A stretch of 64,000 nucleotides of DNA, taken from Antedon mediterranea. Its lineage: Eukaryota; Animalia; Echinodermata. The notes below the pieces were generated by a model, which did not search any database, was not told where the DNA came from, and saw only the letters and a list, made by a program, of their open reading frames with translations. The translations under genes were made by a program, and so were the position numbers. The stretch spans positions 9,724,201 through 9,788,200 of the forward strand of contig NC_092670.1 in assembly GCF_964355755.1 (NCBI RefSeq), written 5' to 3'. How positions within the stretch are numbered: position 1 is the first letter of the stretch; the number at the start of each line of letters is the position of its first letter. Positions 50,168 through 62,545 of this stretch are shown in pieces.

Positions 50168-51110
50168 TAACTTTTCTGGCTGTTTACTTTATCGTTTTGA
50201 TTTAGCTTTTCGCTTTTATTTTTGTATCTCCATTGAGATCCAGCCACTGATACCCACAGCATTGTCATTTTTTTCAGTAATTTGCCTTTGGATTTATATA
50301 TACTGTATATACTAATATACAGTGACCTCTATAATTACAGGCGTCTGAACGCGGTTAATTTAAATATAGGTGTATTGAATACTATAGCTTTACTTAATCA
50401 AAGGTCATTTGTTGTATTATAGCGTTATTTGAAATACCTAATTTCTTAAGACGTATCACAAGTGATATATCTTTTCGTTTACACTGCAATCGATTGAAAT
50501 TTGTAATCGTTACCATGGCTACTGAATGCTCTAAATGTGATCAAAGGTAAATTAGAGGGTACAATTAGAGGTAGTAGTTATGCATGTTGTAGAATTAGTG
50601 TGTTGTACTTATTACAAATGGTTTATTTTGGTTACTATACCTGGTGTAGTTAGTATCGTGGGTTAACGAGGTGAATCCGTCAAGAGGCATTGTCATTTAG
50701 GCTTCATGAGGAAAAAGTGTGTTGCATTCATAAAGCAGAAGTATTTAAATATATCGTCAGCTGTAGGAATATACCACAGCTGTGTAACTTTCATTGCATT
50801 TATAGGCCAGTGCCTGCCCGACTTAAATGTCAGAAAGGGGTTCCTTGCTGAGTCCGACCTCCCAACTTTCCCGGTAATGGTGGTAGTCTTACGCCTGACA
50901 TACAAATTTACAATTGTAGATTCCAATATATTTGGTTTGTATAACTCCCTCTACTATGGTTGATATATACTTATAGCGCCCTCCGTTCTATAAAATCTAT
51001 CGATATCTTATTTTTCCAAACAGAACAGGGATCTGAGTATCCCTGCTTGGACACCTCTTTGTAGTTTTTATGATTATTTCGTATCTCTCTTTAGTTTAAG
51101 CCCCGAACCC

Positions 51111-51464
51111 ATGGAAGACTCAGCTAGCATGAGCGAGGAAGAACAGGAGGTATTCTTTGGGCCAATTACTGCTAAGGAACGTGCAATCGCAGCAGCATTG
51201 GTTAACGCCATCGCTGAAGAAGAAGAAACCATTAACAATAACATCCCAGATAGAAAAACAGATGTAGACCTACACAAAAACCAATCCAACATTCTAGAGT
51301 TCAATTTCCAGGCTTTTCAAGCGTTAGGACATTCGCCGTCCGTGTGTTCATCGCCTGAGTTCTCTGGTATCGATTCTAAGCCCACTGTAGGATCGTCACC
51401 GGGGTTCATCACTCTAGATCTGTCGTCTTCCTCGAGCATTGAAGACAGTTCTGAAACAGAATAA
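51111..51464 (+). CDS. Short acidic/Ser-rich protein (117 aa) with a GTSE1/PSRC1 N-terminal-like motif
   Basis: EEQEVFFGPITAKERAIAAAL resembles the GTSE1 motif DEVFFGPxGHKERCIA. Good Kozak context (CCCATGG), splice acceptor at about 51093, AATAAA at about 51605. Confidence 0.6.
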   Translation: MEDSASMSEEEQEVFFGPITAKERAIAAALVNAIAEEEETINNNIPDRKTDVDLHKNQSNILEFNFQAFQALGHSPSVCSSPEFSGIDSKPTVGSSPGFITLDLSSSSSIEDSSETE

Positions 51465-52429
51465 CCTTCTTATGGAACAACTGTTTATAAAATGGAAACC
51501 CTCGTTTAACGTAGACCACATAAATATATTTAACATCGGATATACTTCACGATAACCATCATAATCAAGTCTATAGAAAAGTCTAAAGAAATTTATAAAA
51601 GGCATAATAAAAAAATAGCAATTTGTTTAGTGTTTATTTTATGAATAGGCCTGTTTTAATAGGCTTGTCTGCTAGTAAAGACTAATATGACCCGAGTTTC
51701 CCAGTTTGTGCCGGTAGGAGGCAGGCTGGCCAAATTTCTTATGAGTGGCTATACACCGCAACAAAATTGTTACTGTGATTTGTTTGAAATTCCTAGAAAA
51801 CAAACGGATCGAGAGGTGGTCAAATGCTTTTAGTCATCGTACAGGTAGAATAGAACACACAATGGTCTGTTTCCCGTGTTTTCCATTAAGTAGTCAATAG
51901 GCCTATTGCGTGGATCAAACTTTTCTGATTGGTGGAGGATTAATAGATATTCTTCCGACATGACGTAGCCAGTATTACGATATGTATGATATAAAAATGA
52001 GTTTGATTCGTGTCGGACAAATATCGTTTTTTAAATGGGTTTACCACATAGGTGGAATGTATTCTAAATAACTCGTGTGGACTGTTCTTTGTCATTGGTC
52101 TATAAATAAACACATAGTTTCTATTTCTGCTAAGTAGTCAATTATGTAACTTGCACGTGCGTCATAGAACTTTGACCATGCGCAATAATATGCATATTTA
52201 ATTAAAATCGACTAATTCCCTTGGCCCCGTAATCTTTCACGCATGCCCGCATTGCTTTATTAGCTCGTTGAACTTGTTTATAAAAGGCGTTAATTAATAG
52301 GCAATTTGTTGAACTTGCCTGATAGAAATCGTCATGAATAAGTACTGTACTTTAAACAAGTATAAATTTCTAATTTTTACTCAGGTGAGAGTTAACTAGA
52401 ACAGCGCCCTCATTTCTTCTTTACAATTA

Positions 52430-52870
52430 TGATGATTATGCAAACAAGAAGATGGTAACATACGAAACAGACAAAAGATAATAATTATGATTATTAAGAA
52501 GAGGATTATGGTGAAGAAGACAGGAAGGAAAAAAATGAAATAATTATGATGATGATGATATAGACCGAATAAATAATGAAAGGAAATGATGATATAATGA
52601 TTATAATTTTGATGATATGATTATTGCAATGATGTTGGTTTTACAGTTGATAACATGATGAAAGGTATAGGACTAATTTTGATTATTTAAGATGATGATA
52701 GTTAGAATTAATTCGAGATCGTGATGATGATGATGATGATGGTTTGATATCTATAAAATAAGTATGATGATGAATTACGACGATGAAGATAGTTATAATA
52801 TTGATAATAAATAAAAATATGTTGTTACCATTATGATGATTATTCTATTAAAACTATGATGATTAATATC
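52430..52870. repeat. Degenerate (GAT/AAT)n low-complexity region
   Basis: Direct reading of the sequence. Confidence 0.7.
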
Positions 52871-53524
52871 TATATTAGGCGTAATTCATCTAATGTATTT
52901 TAGATTATCTTTCCACTATATTTTACAACTTCTAATGTTTCTTCGAAACACTCAATTGCAACTGCGGTCACAATTCACTGCACCTACCCAACATGAATAT
53001 TTATCAAAACATAAAGTCATTATCGATTTAATGGACCGAAAAATGAATTTAACTGTGCATTTCAGTAAAAATACCCATATTAATAATAGCTCCTTTAACA
53101 TTTATATCAGTTATATAGAATTTAAAGTGGAAGTTTGTTGAATACTGTAAATAGATCTTGACTTTGCCTGATTTTATCATCAACATATTATAATATTCAT
53201 CTACTTGTGAATTTTACTTGAGTAATTGCATTCGATATTAAATGCAATTGCTGTATGTTAAAAGTGATAAATACTGTATACAATTAAAATTAATTATTAT
53301 TGTCAGCAGCAGCAGTCTTGAAAACATTGAGGGCGACAAACAAGATTGTTTGCAGAAACTTCGCGATTTCTGTTGTTTCAGCAGAGCAGACGACGTACGT
53401 CGAAGAAGAGCATGTATGCAGACAGCGCAACAGTAATAAAATATAGTAAAATTATCTGTATCATCATCTTAAAAATGATGCTACTAATACCACCAACTAT
53501 CTATCATTCAGGAAATTACTAGAA

Positions 53525-55249
53525 ATGCCGGTTCGTAGGGGGCATGTTGCTCCTCAAAACACCTTTATTGAGACTATTATCCGGAAATTCGATGGCCAAA
53601 GTGAGTATCTTTTCAATTCATTCTCAAATTAGATTGCGCTCAACAGATGATGATCAAGCCTCAACAACGACCGACCGGGATGCAACAGAATACGATGGAT
53701 TCAATACGATACACACTAAGCTTAAATCGATTTATCATTGTTCCAGTGAGAAGCCATGCTAAGTATACATACAAGCAACTAAAAAATTGTGACTTTATTT
53801 GCTTATACATAGAATATAAAAATGCGTTAGCCTAAATTGTTTATTTTAGGCCTAGCCTAGGATAGGTACCCTATAATTTATATTCAATTCATGTTTTCCA
53901 TAATCCCTATTTATAACTATTAAACCTTGAAACTGATTTCAATAACATTAGGCCTACACAATTCAGTGACAGTTGTAATTGTAAAAAAAAGTCAATGACA
54001 TTTCATTCATTGATACACACTCCTTTAATGTTATTATTTTGTATGCCATGCATAAAGCAGGTTTTTTTTACTGATTTCATGATCTATCATTCATTGAACT
54101 TTACCATTATCAAATACGCATTAATGGATTAAAGAAAAAATAGATTATCCCAGAATTAATCCTGAATTAATCTGTTGTTGTAAAAGATAATTTCAGCTTT
54201 AGGAGACTTAAGTGCTTTCATCAGAATTTGAAGATGAGAAAAATGTTTGGCAATAAATTATCGGTTTAAATATCAAGTTGACTTACGTCAGCATTTGCTC
54301 ACACTGTGCTGTACACAGAACAAATTAAATGTTTATTTATAGAGATGAAGAGTCTAGAGATTGTACCAATTTATTAAATTTTAATAGCCTAGTTTCTAGG
54401 ACTCTTAATAATATAACAAAATTGAAATCAGAAAAATATTAATTAAAGAAAGAAAAAAAACCATACATATTAGCATTAGTAAATTTTAGCAAAATTTACC
54501 CTAAACCAAGCATGATTTTGCTGTTTAAATATTTTTTAATGAATATAATAGTACTGTACTAGTAGTAGCCAGCCCGGAGGGTTGGTATCGAGGTAAGATT
54601 TTAGTACTAGTATTTCTAAAGCAGGAAACGTAATGCAGGAACGAAAGAAAGCCACAACACATGTGAATTGACCAATCAAAAGTAATGGATTATTCAAACT
54701 GTTGATTGTATGATTGGTCACTTCGTCGGGGGGTCATCGATGGAATTCGTTAGCATTACCCAAACGGTCAATTCATACATGTACAGTATGATGTAGTTAC
54801 ATTATCAATCAAATAACCATTTTTCAGTAAAATGTTGGATACCGATTTTGGCATTCTAATTACAAAAATACTTTCCTATGTTATATTAACTGATGTTTTA
54901 AAAACTGACTTTTAAGCAATAATTAAATTGAAATAGAACAAAATGAAGATGATTTTTTTTGCTAAACAAGTTATGATAAACGTGACCCTTGATCTCCAAA
55001 CTTATTTTCGTCTTGTAGATCGGAACTTCATTATCGCAAACGCCAAAGTTCAGGAATGTGCAATAATCTTTTGTAACGATGGATTTTGTGAAATGTGCGG
55101 ATATTCTCGGGCGGAGCTTATGCAAAAGCCGTGTTCCTGTGACTTCCTGTATGGGGAAAATACTAGTGAAAAAGCAATACAAGAGATTAAAACTGCGTTG
55201 GAAAAGGGTGAGGAGAAACAAGTGGAAGCTACATTTTACAAAAGAAATG
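53525..55249 (+). CDS. KCNH2: ERG-subfamily (KCNH2/6/7-like) voltage-gated K+ channel, exons 1-2 (PAS-cap and PAS); gene continues beyond the window
   Basis: Exon 53525-53600 encodes [25 protein letters not shown]. Exon 55019-55249 encodes [45 protein letters not shown]...FYKRNG. No convincing exon 3 found before 64000. The symbol denotes the ERG ortholog group. Confidence 0.92.
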
Positions 55250-55928
55250 GTATGTTTACATTATTAATATAATTAGATACTCATGGTGCTGAATTCGAGG
55301 TAACATTACGGTGAGCTGCATTTTGATGCTTCAACCCAGCCTAGGACATGTTTTCGCTAATATCTTAATCTACTGTAGGCTTACACAATACAAAAATTAA
55401 ATAAAATTGTGTAAATTTATATTATAATTTAGTTTGACTTTACTGAACACTTGTTATTTTGAAATATCAGACCTTATTTGTACAAAAAGGGTGAAAACAT
55501 TGTCGCGTTGTAGAAATGCAAGAATTGTCCTGTAAAATCGTTCAACGCAATTCAACGCAACTCACTGCAATTCACTGGAAAACAGGCTTTAGCTGCACTC
55601 TATACTAGTGTTCTGTATGTACTGATTGTACCATGCAAATTAATTTTTGCATCTAGACAGAAGCAGCAATTTACAGTAAAAAAAGTTTACAGTTGTTTAA
55701 GAAGAGTTACTTTACATTTGTGTTATAAAACATTTTTTTGTATTTGTTGAATGGAGAATATCTTCATTGTTCAAACCTAAATGTCACATTCAAATCAAAC
55801 AATATTTTCTCCATTCGTTACTACTTCCTGTGTTTTAGAAATTTAGGATCTTAGACTATTGAATAATATATACATTTTAGGCTCATAAAGAAAATCCATG
55901 CTCTAGAATACTTGAAATTATTAATGCA

Positions 55929-56153
55929 ATAGAAAGTGCAGATTGTTCTGTACATGATACATATACAGTACCATATGATAGAAAGTGCAGATTGTTCTGT
56001 ACATGATACATATACAGTACCATATGATAGAAAGTGCAGATTGTTCTGTACATGATACATATACAGTACCATATGATAGAAAGTGCAGATTGTTCTGTAC
56101 ATGATACATATACCATATACTGTAAGTAATATGATAGAAAGTGCAGATTGTTC
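55929..56153. repeat. 49-bp minisatellite (about 4.5 copies) in the KCNH intron
   Basis: Unit ATAGAAAGTGCAGATTGTTCTGTACATGATACATATACAGTACCATATG starts at 55929, 55978, 56027 and 56076. Confidence 0.9.
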
Positions 56154-58897
56154 ACTATAAGTTCTATGAGTTTGATGAAAGCTCTTTGAATATTATATGA
56201 AAATAATAGAAAATGCAGGTGTTTACAATAAATATTACATCATGGTATGATAGAAAATGCAGGCTCTAGAATACTAATGTGATATGCAGATTATTATTAT
56301 TACACATGTTTTGGTATAAGATAGAAATCATAGGATCCTTGAATATTACATGAAAATATTATAGAAAATGATGGGAATAAATTATTTACAACATTATGTG
56401 AAAGCAATTTATATTTATTCATTAACAAAGTGCTTTAAATTGTAGACACTATACTATTCAGTCCACTGTATAAAAGGAGGACATTTATTTTAATATGTAA
56501 ATTAATACTATGTCAGTACTCCCAAGCTTTTAAGAACATTATTTATGATTGAGAGACTCCACATAAATTAACTTTAAATGTCTCTCTTGAAATTATTGAC
56601 TAATTTCTTATAAAAATAGGCCTTTATTATCATAAAATTATTCTGAATTAAAAATGATCTTGAGCTTATGCAATTATTTTTAATGAAATGAAATTAGTAT
56701 GAATAAAATAACAAGTACATAGACCTTGCATTATTGAATGAAGTTAAAAACATATGCCTTTCATAAATCATTCTAACATTTACAAAGTAAAAGGGGCTCA
56801 TGAAATTGTAGATTAAAATGACCTCTCATGAAATTATTTGTTCTTGAAATACCTCATGAAGTTTCTGAGATTTAAAAACCCTTTCATCTCATACATTTAT
56901 TCAGAAATATAAAATGCTGGCAACCTGAGGAAATTACTGTAGATCATTGATAAAAATAAACCTCATAAAATTTATTAGAAATAAAATGAAATATTAAAGT
57001 CTATTTCTTTTCTACAGCTTACTGTACCATTATAGCCTATTCTCTCCAGAGTGAGAGCTTAGATAGGAAAAGTTAAAAGCTCCTTAAACACCCCTGTAGA
57101 ATCATAAAATGGACCTGTCCGCAACCACGCCCTCATGTGGAAACATACCAACGTAGAGTACCACTATCATCATTTCTTTTCGTAACATTGAAATGTTACG
57201 ATGTATAATATTTTATTTAAGTAAGGCCCCTCTCTGTCAAATTGAATTCTATAGCATTGCATTTTTAGATGATACAGTATGTACAGTATAAGCTTTCATT
57301 TCTTTCTACTGTAGCTGCCAGCCAACCTAAGAATAATTGTGCTGTAATTAAAGGGTTTGTTTGTTTTCAGATTATACAAGGCGGGCATGTTTATTTTGTG
57401 GGAGAATCCAATTCTTAGATATTGATTAGCCATTTAAAGTTAATTGGTGAAAAGTTCAATTGTACTATAACTCTATAGTCAATTTATACTATTATTATAA
57501 AACAATTAATAAAGTCGTCCTTTCTTCTTATACTATACCCACCAAAGCTTCACTCTCTAGTATAGGCCAGCAGGCATTGGTCAGAGATTTGACTGGGCTA
57601 GGTAGGCTGCTGTCGTGGTTGACCTTTGATGCATGTCCAATGTGGGAACCTAAAATGTCTAAACTATTTAATTCGAAGCAACACTTTGCTTGACACGTCG
57701 CTTCACTCCTCCTCGTCTGGTAATATGGCAGGGCCTTAGCCACCAGTCAGGTTTGTAATGTAAAGCTTGACAAACAGTGATTTTCCCTTTTTTTTAAACA
57801 GTATTTCTTGTGGCTACATTCTGTATGATGATTTACATTTATTATTGTCTTGCAAATTACAGTTTTACAGAATTCAAAATAATGTTATTTTTTTCACATT
57901 TAAGTTTTGTTGTTTAGTAATTATTAATTTATTATCATACTAACTTTTTGTAAAATATATTGTAGTTTAAGACAACTACACGATCGTTTCAATACCATCT
58001 TTTTGTGAATGTTCTGTGACAGGTGCCTTGTATTGTATACAGTTTCCAAAATCAATAACTACCGTGTGAAACCACAAACAACAAATTATAGTACATTCCA
58101 TAATAAAGAGATATCAATATATAATTAAGAAGAGTTGATTCTATTTAATACAAGTAATTGTTGTTCACACTCAGCAGTTTAAGACACTTTATACCTGCAA
58201 TTTTTGAAAATGTAAAATTAATGCATTATTATTATTATAATCTTTTTAATGGAGAGACACTATCTGAATACTGAATATCCTAAAATATAATATATCTTAT
58301 ATTAAAATTAAATTAAAGTTGATTTAATATTTTTATAGCAGTAGCACTGTATAATCAAATACTGTTGTTATCATTATAATACAATTGATAAAGAGTGGGC
58401 GTATCAAATAGAATAGCCTGAGTTTCATTATTCAGGGTGGCATGTAAATTTGTACGCGAGGACATACATTAGCCGAAATATGTCTTTGAGTTTTATATTA
58501 AATATAACAATAAAATCTGAGATTGCCAACAAACACTGTAACTGTTCAACCGTATTAATTTTATTCTAAATGCATTACAGTAGGAAAGTATATCAACAAA
58601 ATTAATTAAATTTGATTCTTAGCACCTATAGTACTGTATCAGTACTTTTTCTGTTTCTTAATGTTGATACTAATTAAAAAATATTAATTGATTTTTTGAA
58701 TACATTAGGAAGTTTGCAGGGAATAGAAATGTTGGTTTAGTAATTGATATAAAATATTTCGCTTTAATTTTAAAATAGCTATGTTTCAAACTTTAAGTAA
58801 AAGCAAAATTGAGTACAGTAGAGTAGAGTACTAATTGCTTTGGGACTATATTTTAAATATTTTTCACATAAAGTTTGATAGTGTAGACAGGGCTTAA

Positions 58898-59244
58898 AGA
58901 TGTATTGTCCCCCTGAAAAAATAATTCTTAAAAAAATTTTTGTTCAATATGCCATTTTAATGTTATAATAGTTATCCACTTTGAGCAAAAATTTGATCGA
59001 AAAAAAAATGTATTTGCCTGAAAAAAAAAAATGTAATTTAAAGCAAAAAATGGCAAAATTGGCTACCAGCCAGTGGATTTTTGGTTGAATTTCTCAATTT
59101 ATTGGTAAAAACATTATTTGTTTTTATTTTTTTTTCTAGGGAAGTGATTAACTTTATATTAAAACTACAATACAAAATAACATATTCAAAGTCTGATTTA
59201 ATTAATCTTAATTTTTCATGTTTTTTTTGGAGGACAATACATCT
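58898..59244. mobile_element. MITE family B copy (TTAA TSD)
   Basis: TTAA|AGATGTATTGTCCCC ... GAGGACAATACATCT|TTAA; directly abuts a family C end. Confidence 0.8.
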
Positions 59245-59883
59245 TTAAAACAATATTATTTTATTTTAATACTAGTATTACTAATAATTTGAATTTTTCA
59301 AATACGGTATAGCAATCTGGGTAATCATTAATCATTTAATGTTGTAATTGTACATTGAAACAAAATTCAAATCATTAAATTTAAGTAAAAATATTTTCAT
59401 TACTGCAGTAAAATAACAGAACAGAAAATTAATAGAAAGATTAGCATTCTTGTCAATTTCTGTTAAAAGTCCCTAATACTAAATTTATTTGAGAATTACA
59501 ATTAGTTAGAAACAAATTGATATGTATAATATGGGCTTGTTGCTAGGTTATTTTTGAAAGCAATTGAAGAAAAAATAGTAAAGATCTTGGCCGTATTCCA
59601 CTGATACTGATATCGCTATAAATTTCGATATATATTTTTATTATCCTTTTTATGATATTAAGTGCTTTTTTATATCCCTTTATAAATAGAAAGTTTATCG
59701 TTCTACTTGTAAGGATGCTTGTTTGTTAAAAACAAATTTTACCTCATTTCTTATTCAAAATTGTATTGTAACTTGGCAGGGAATGGGAACTGAGAATCCA
59801 ATTGATTGTGTACAATTTTTACGAGTTCTGAAAATTCTATTTTGCTACTGTATGCAGGAAACACTTTCAAAATGTTAGGGAAG

Positions 59884-60005
59884 GGTTGGTGACAATTTGT
59901 TTGGTGACAATTTTTGGTTGGTGACAATTTTTGGTTAGTGACAATTTGGTTAGTGACAGTTTTTGGTTAATGACAACTTAGTTGGTAACAATTTGGTTGG
60001 TAACA
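59884..60005. repeat. Degenerate tandem repeat of about 15-17 bp (GGTTGGTGACAATTT)
   Basis: Direct reading of the sequence. Confidence 0.8.
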
Positions 60006-62099
60006 GGGATAAAGGATGGTAAAAATCATTTGTAGTTGCACAGAAACGATTTAAAAACCAATAAAATAATTAGTAAAAAGATATTTTACAGATTGGATTC
60101 CATTTTCATCGATTTACGAACACTAAAACAGTATGGACGTACAATATAAACAAACCAAAAAAGTTAACAAATCATACTGTACAGTACATTTAAAGGTCAT
60201 TTTTTCCTTTTGCTGTTAATTAATTAATGCGAGCCTCTTTCCCTTTCTTTTGAAGATGTCTAAATTAAAACTGGGCCTCCAGAAACATGGACTCCCTATT
60301 CTGTTATCTCCTTTCCAACCGATTTTCAATTCCAATTTTGTTTCTATTAACTACAGTAGGACTGTATGTTTAAACATAACAATGTCTGGTACTCTCAGTG
60401 TCACGGTATTTTACATTATAAATTATAAACCACAAAATTGTTGTCTTCTTGCTCTTTTTCCATTCTGTCTCTTTATCGTTTCACAGCTTTGTCATTCTTA
60501 TTTCATCATCTAATATATCAGCAGGTTTCCTATTTGTACATTGCTGAGTATGTGAAACCTTTCAGACCTCAGTTAAATATCTTAGACTCTTATGTTACAA
60601 TGTTGTATTAATATACTGATAATTAATGTTCGCACAGCAGCCAATCTCCACATGATGTGCTGCTAATTATTAAGAGTCACATAATTAAACATCTGCTCTA
60701 ATATTAATATTCTATACTGACATTATTGTGGAATATGTAACAACATTTTTCATAATTACATTCCTGCGTTTATACTGTAACTCTTTTCCTAATTAATAGA
60801 GTTTCTTCCTAGGAGAAAGTGGTTGTAGTTCTGTACTGTAGTATGCATAATGAAACATACGGCACATCCCTTTCGCACAGAGAACTGTTTGATGGAATAC
60901 CATATCTTATTTTTACATTTATGAATGCCATGAATGTCTAAAATAGGAATTGTGCAACACCCGTCCCCATGTTTGTGATCTGTAGGCCCTACAGTACAGT
61001 AGATCCGGTCCATAGATTAATAGTAATTGATTATTTTAAGACACGTGCACTCTTTGTATGTACAGTACCTTGAAAAAGTTTACCATTGTGCAATCCTATC
61101 GCGTTTTGATACCATCATACATTCAATCGTCGCATCATAAATGCAGTAAAGCTGAGCTTGTCGCTTCACGTGTAAATGTTCAGTCTGTTAATAGGCTAGA
61201 TACAGTAGGCAGAATATGATCTGTAGTAGTACAGTACCCACGTATGCATTAACTGATTGAAGTATTAATGTCTGTGAAGAATATTTTTATTACCATCTCT
61301 CATTTTGCATAATATAATGATATTCCGACATGGATAGTGAGGTACAGCAATGTGATATTGTGTATAATCACAGAATCAGAAAATTAATGGGTTTTATTTT
61401 CATTTTTATATAATGATGTATCAAGAGAGATAATTTATAAAAAAAATTGTAATTTGATATTTTGCATAATCATAGGTTGGTTGAAAAATATTATGTAATT
61501 AGTAATGTAATATTTTTAAAGTGTATACAGGCCCTGGTTGACTGATATAGAGAATTCTAAAATTAGAATAATTGTATTTTTCTACACTTTGATATAATTA
61601 CACTATAATAACTTTTAACTTTGTGACAATTACCCGTACCAAAAATGACAAGTTGTTCAGTCACATGATTAACTCTTGCAAGTGTCATGACGTACAGTAA
61701 GTGATCTTGAAAAAAGTACGGACAAAATGTTATGCAAATAAATGGAGTGATTTATTATCATAATTTATTGACATTACCAAATTTAATATTGCCATTAATT
61801 ACGCTGTTGAAGTGCCCTCAAGTTTATGGTCTAATTCATACCTATGATATCCTTGTCGGAGAAACCGCTAAGAAATGTTGTACAGTTAGATCTTTTAGAA
61901 ATCAAGCTGGCTATAGTAGAATTTGATACCTGTGCAGCACACTTCTGGATGAGGATTGAAAAACTGAAGGTGCAAATTAAATTTAATGTTTATGTCTTGA
62001 AAAATAACAATAAACTCATCTTAATAAAGATAAGCACATTAATTTGATAATGTTATCATTTTTATTTTTAAATTTAAGGCTTAAAAAATAGCAATTAAC

Positions 62100-62545
62100 C
62101 TTGTGTTGATGTGTCATTTTCATATTTTAACATAGAACCTTCATTGTCAATGTGAACACAATCTAAATGGAACTTTGTGTTGATGTGTCATTTTCATATT
62201 TTAACATACTGTAGAACCTTCATTGTCCATGTGAATACAATCTAAACGGAATTTGTGTTGATGTTTCATTTTATATTTTAACATAGAACCTTCATTGTCA
62301 ATGTGAATACAATCTGACAGAACTTTGTGTTGATGTGTCATTTCATATTTTAACATAGAACCTTCATTGTCAATGTGAACACACTCTAAACAGAACTTTG
62401 TGTTGATGTGTCATTTCATATTTTAACATAGAATTTTCATTGTCAGTGTGAACACAATCTTAAACAGAACTTTGTGCTGATGTGTCATTTCATATTTTAA
62501 CATAGAATTTTCATTGTCAATGTAATGCAATCTTAAACAGAACTA
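62100..62545. repeat. Minisatellite of about 73-79 bp (about 6 copies)
   Basis: Unit CTTTGTGTTGATGTGTCATTTCATATTTTAACATAGAACCTTCATTGTCAATGTGAACACAATCTAAACAGAA. Confidence 0.9.

Larger units (their letters stand above)
49808..50303 (+). mobile_element. Tandem direct repeat of about 215 bp resembling Penelope-like element terminal repeats
   Basis: Copy 1 is 49808-~50082 (including the 50022 insert) and copy 2 is 50084-50303. Each carries a minimal hammerhead motif and ends in (TA)n. Confidence 0.7.

Noticed and set aside
51025-51045. CAGGGAT...ATCCCTG hairpin as a further P footprint
   Set aside because: No flanking 7-8-bp duplication.
54185-54228. Minus-strand CTGATGA...GAAA as another hammerhead
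   Set aside because: Stem II is only 3 bp and no stem I pairing is available.
55851-56155. Repetitive ORFs and a CRISPR-like appearance
   Set aside because: Plain 49-bp minisatellite without unique spacers; the ORFs are by-products.
57371-57430. Candidate KCNH exon 3 after TTTTCAG
   Set aside because: Translation lacks the expected VPVKNE...FILNF motif and reaches a stop.
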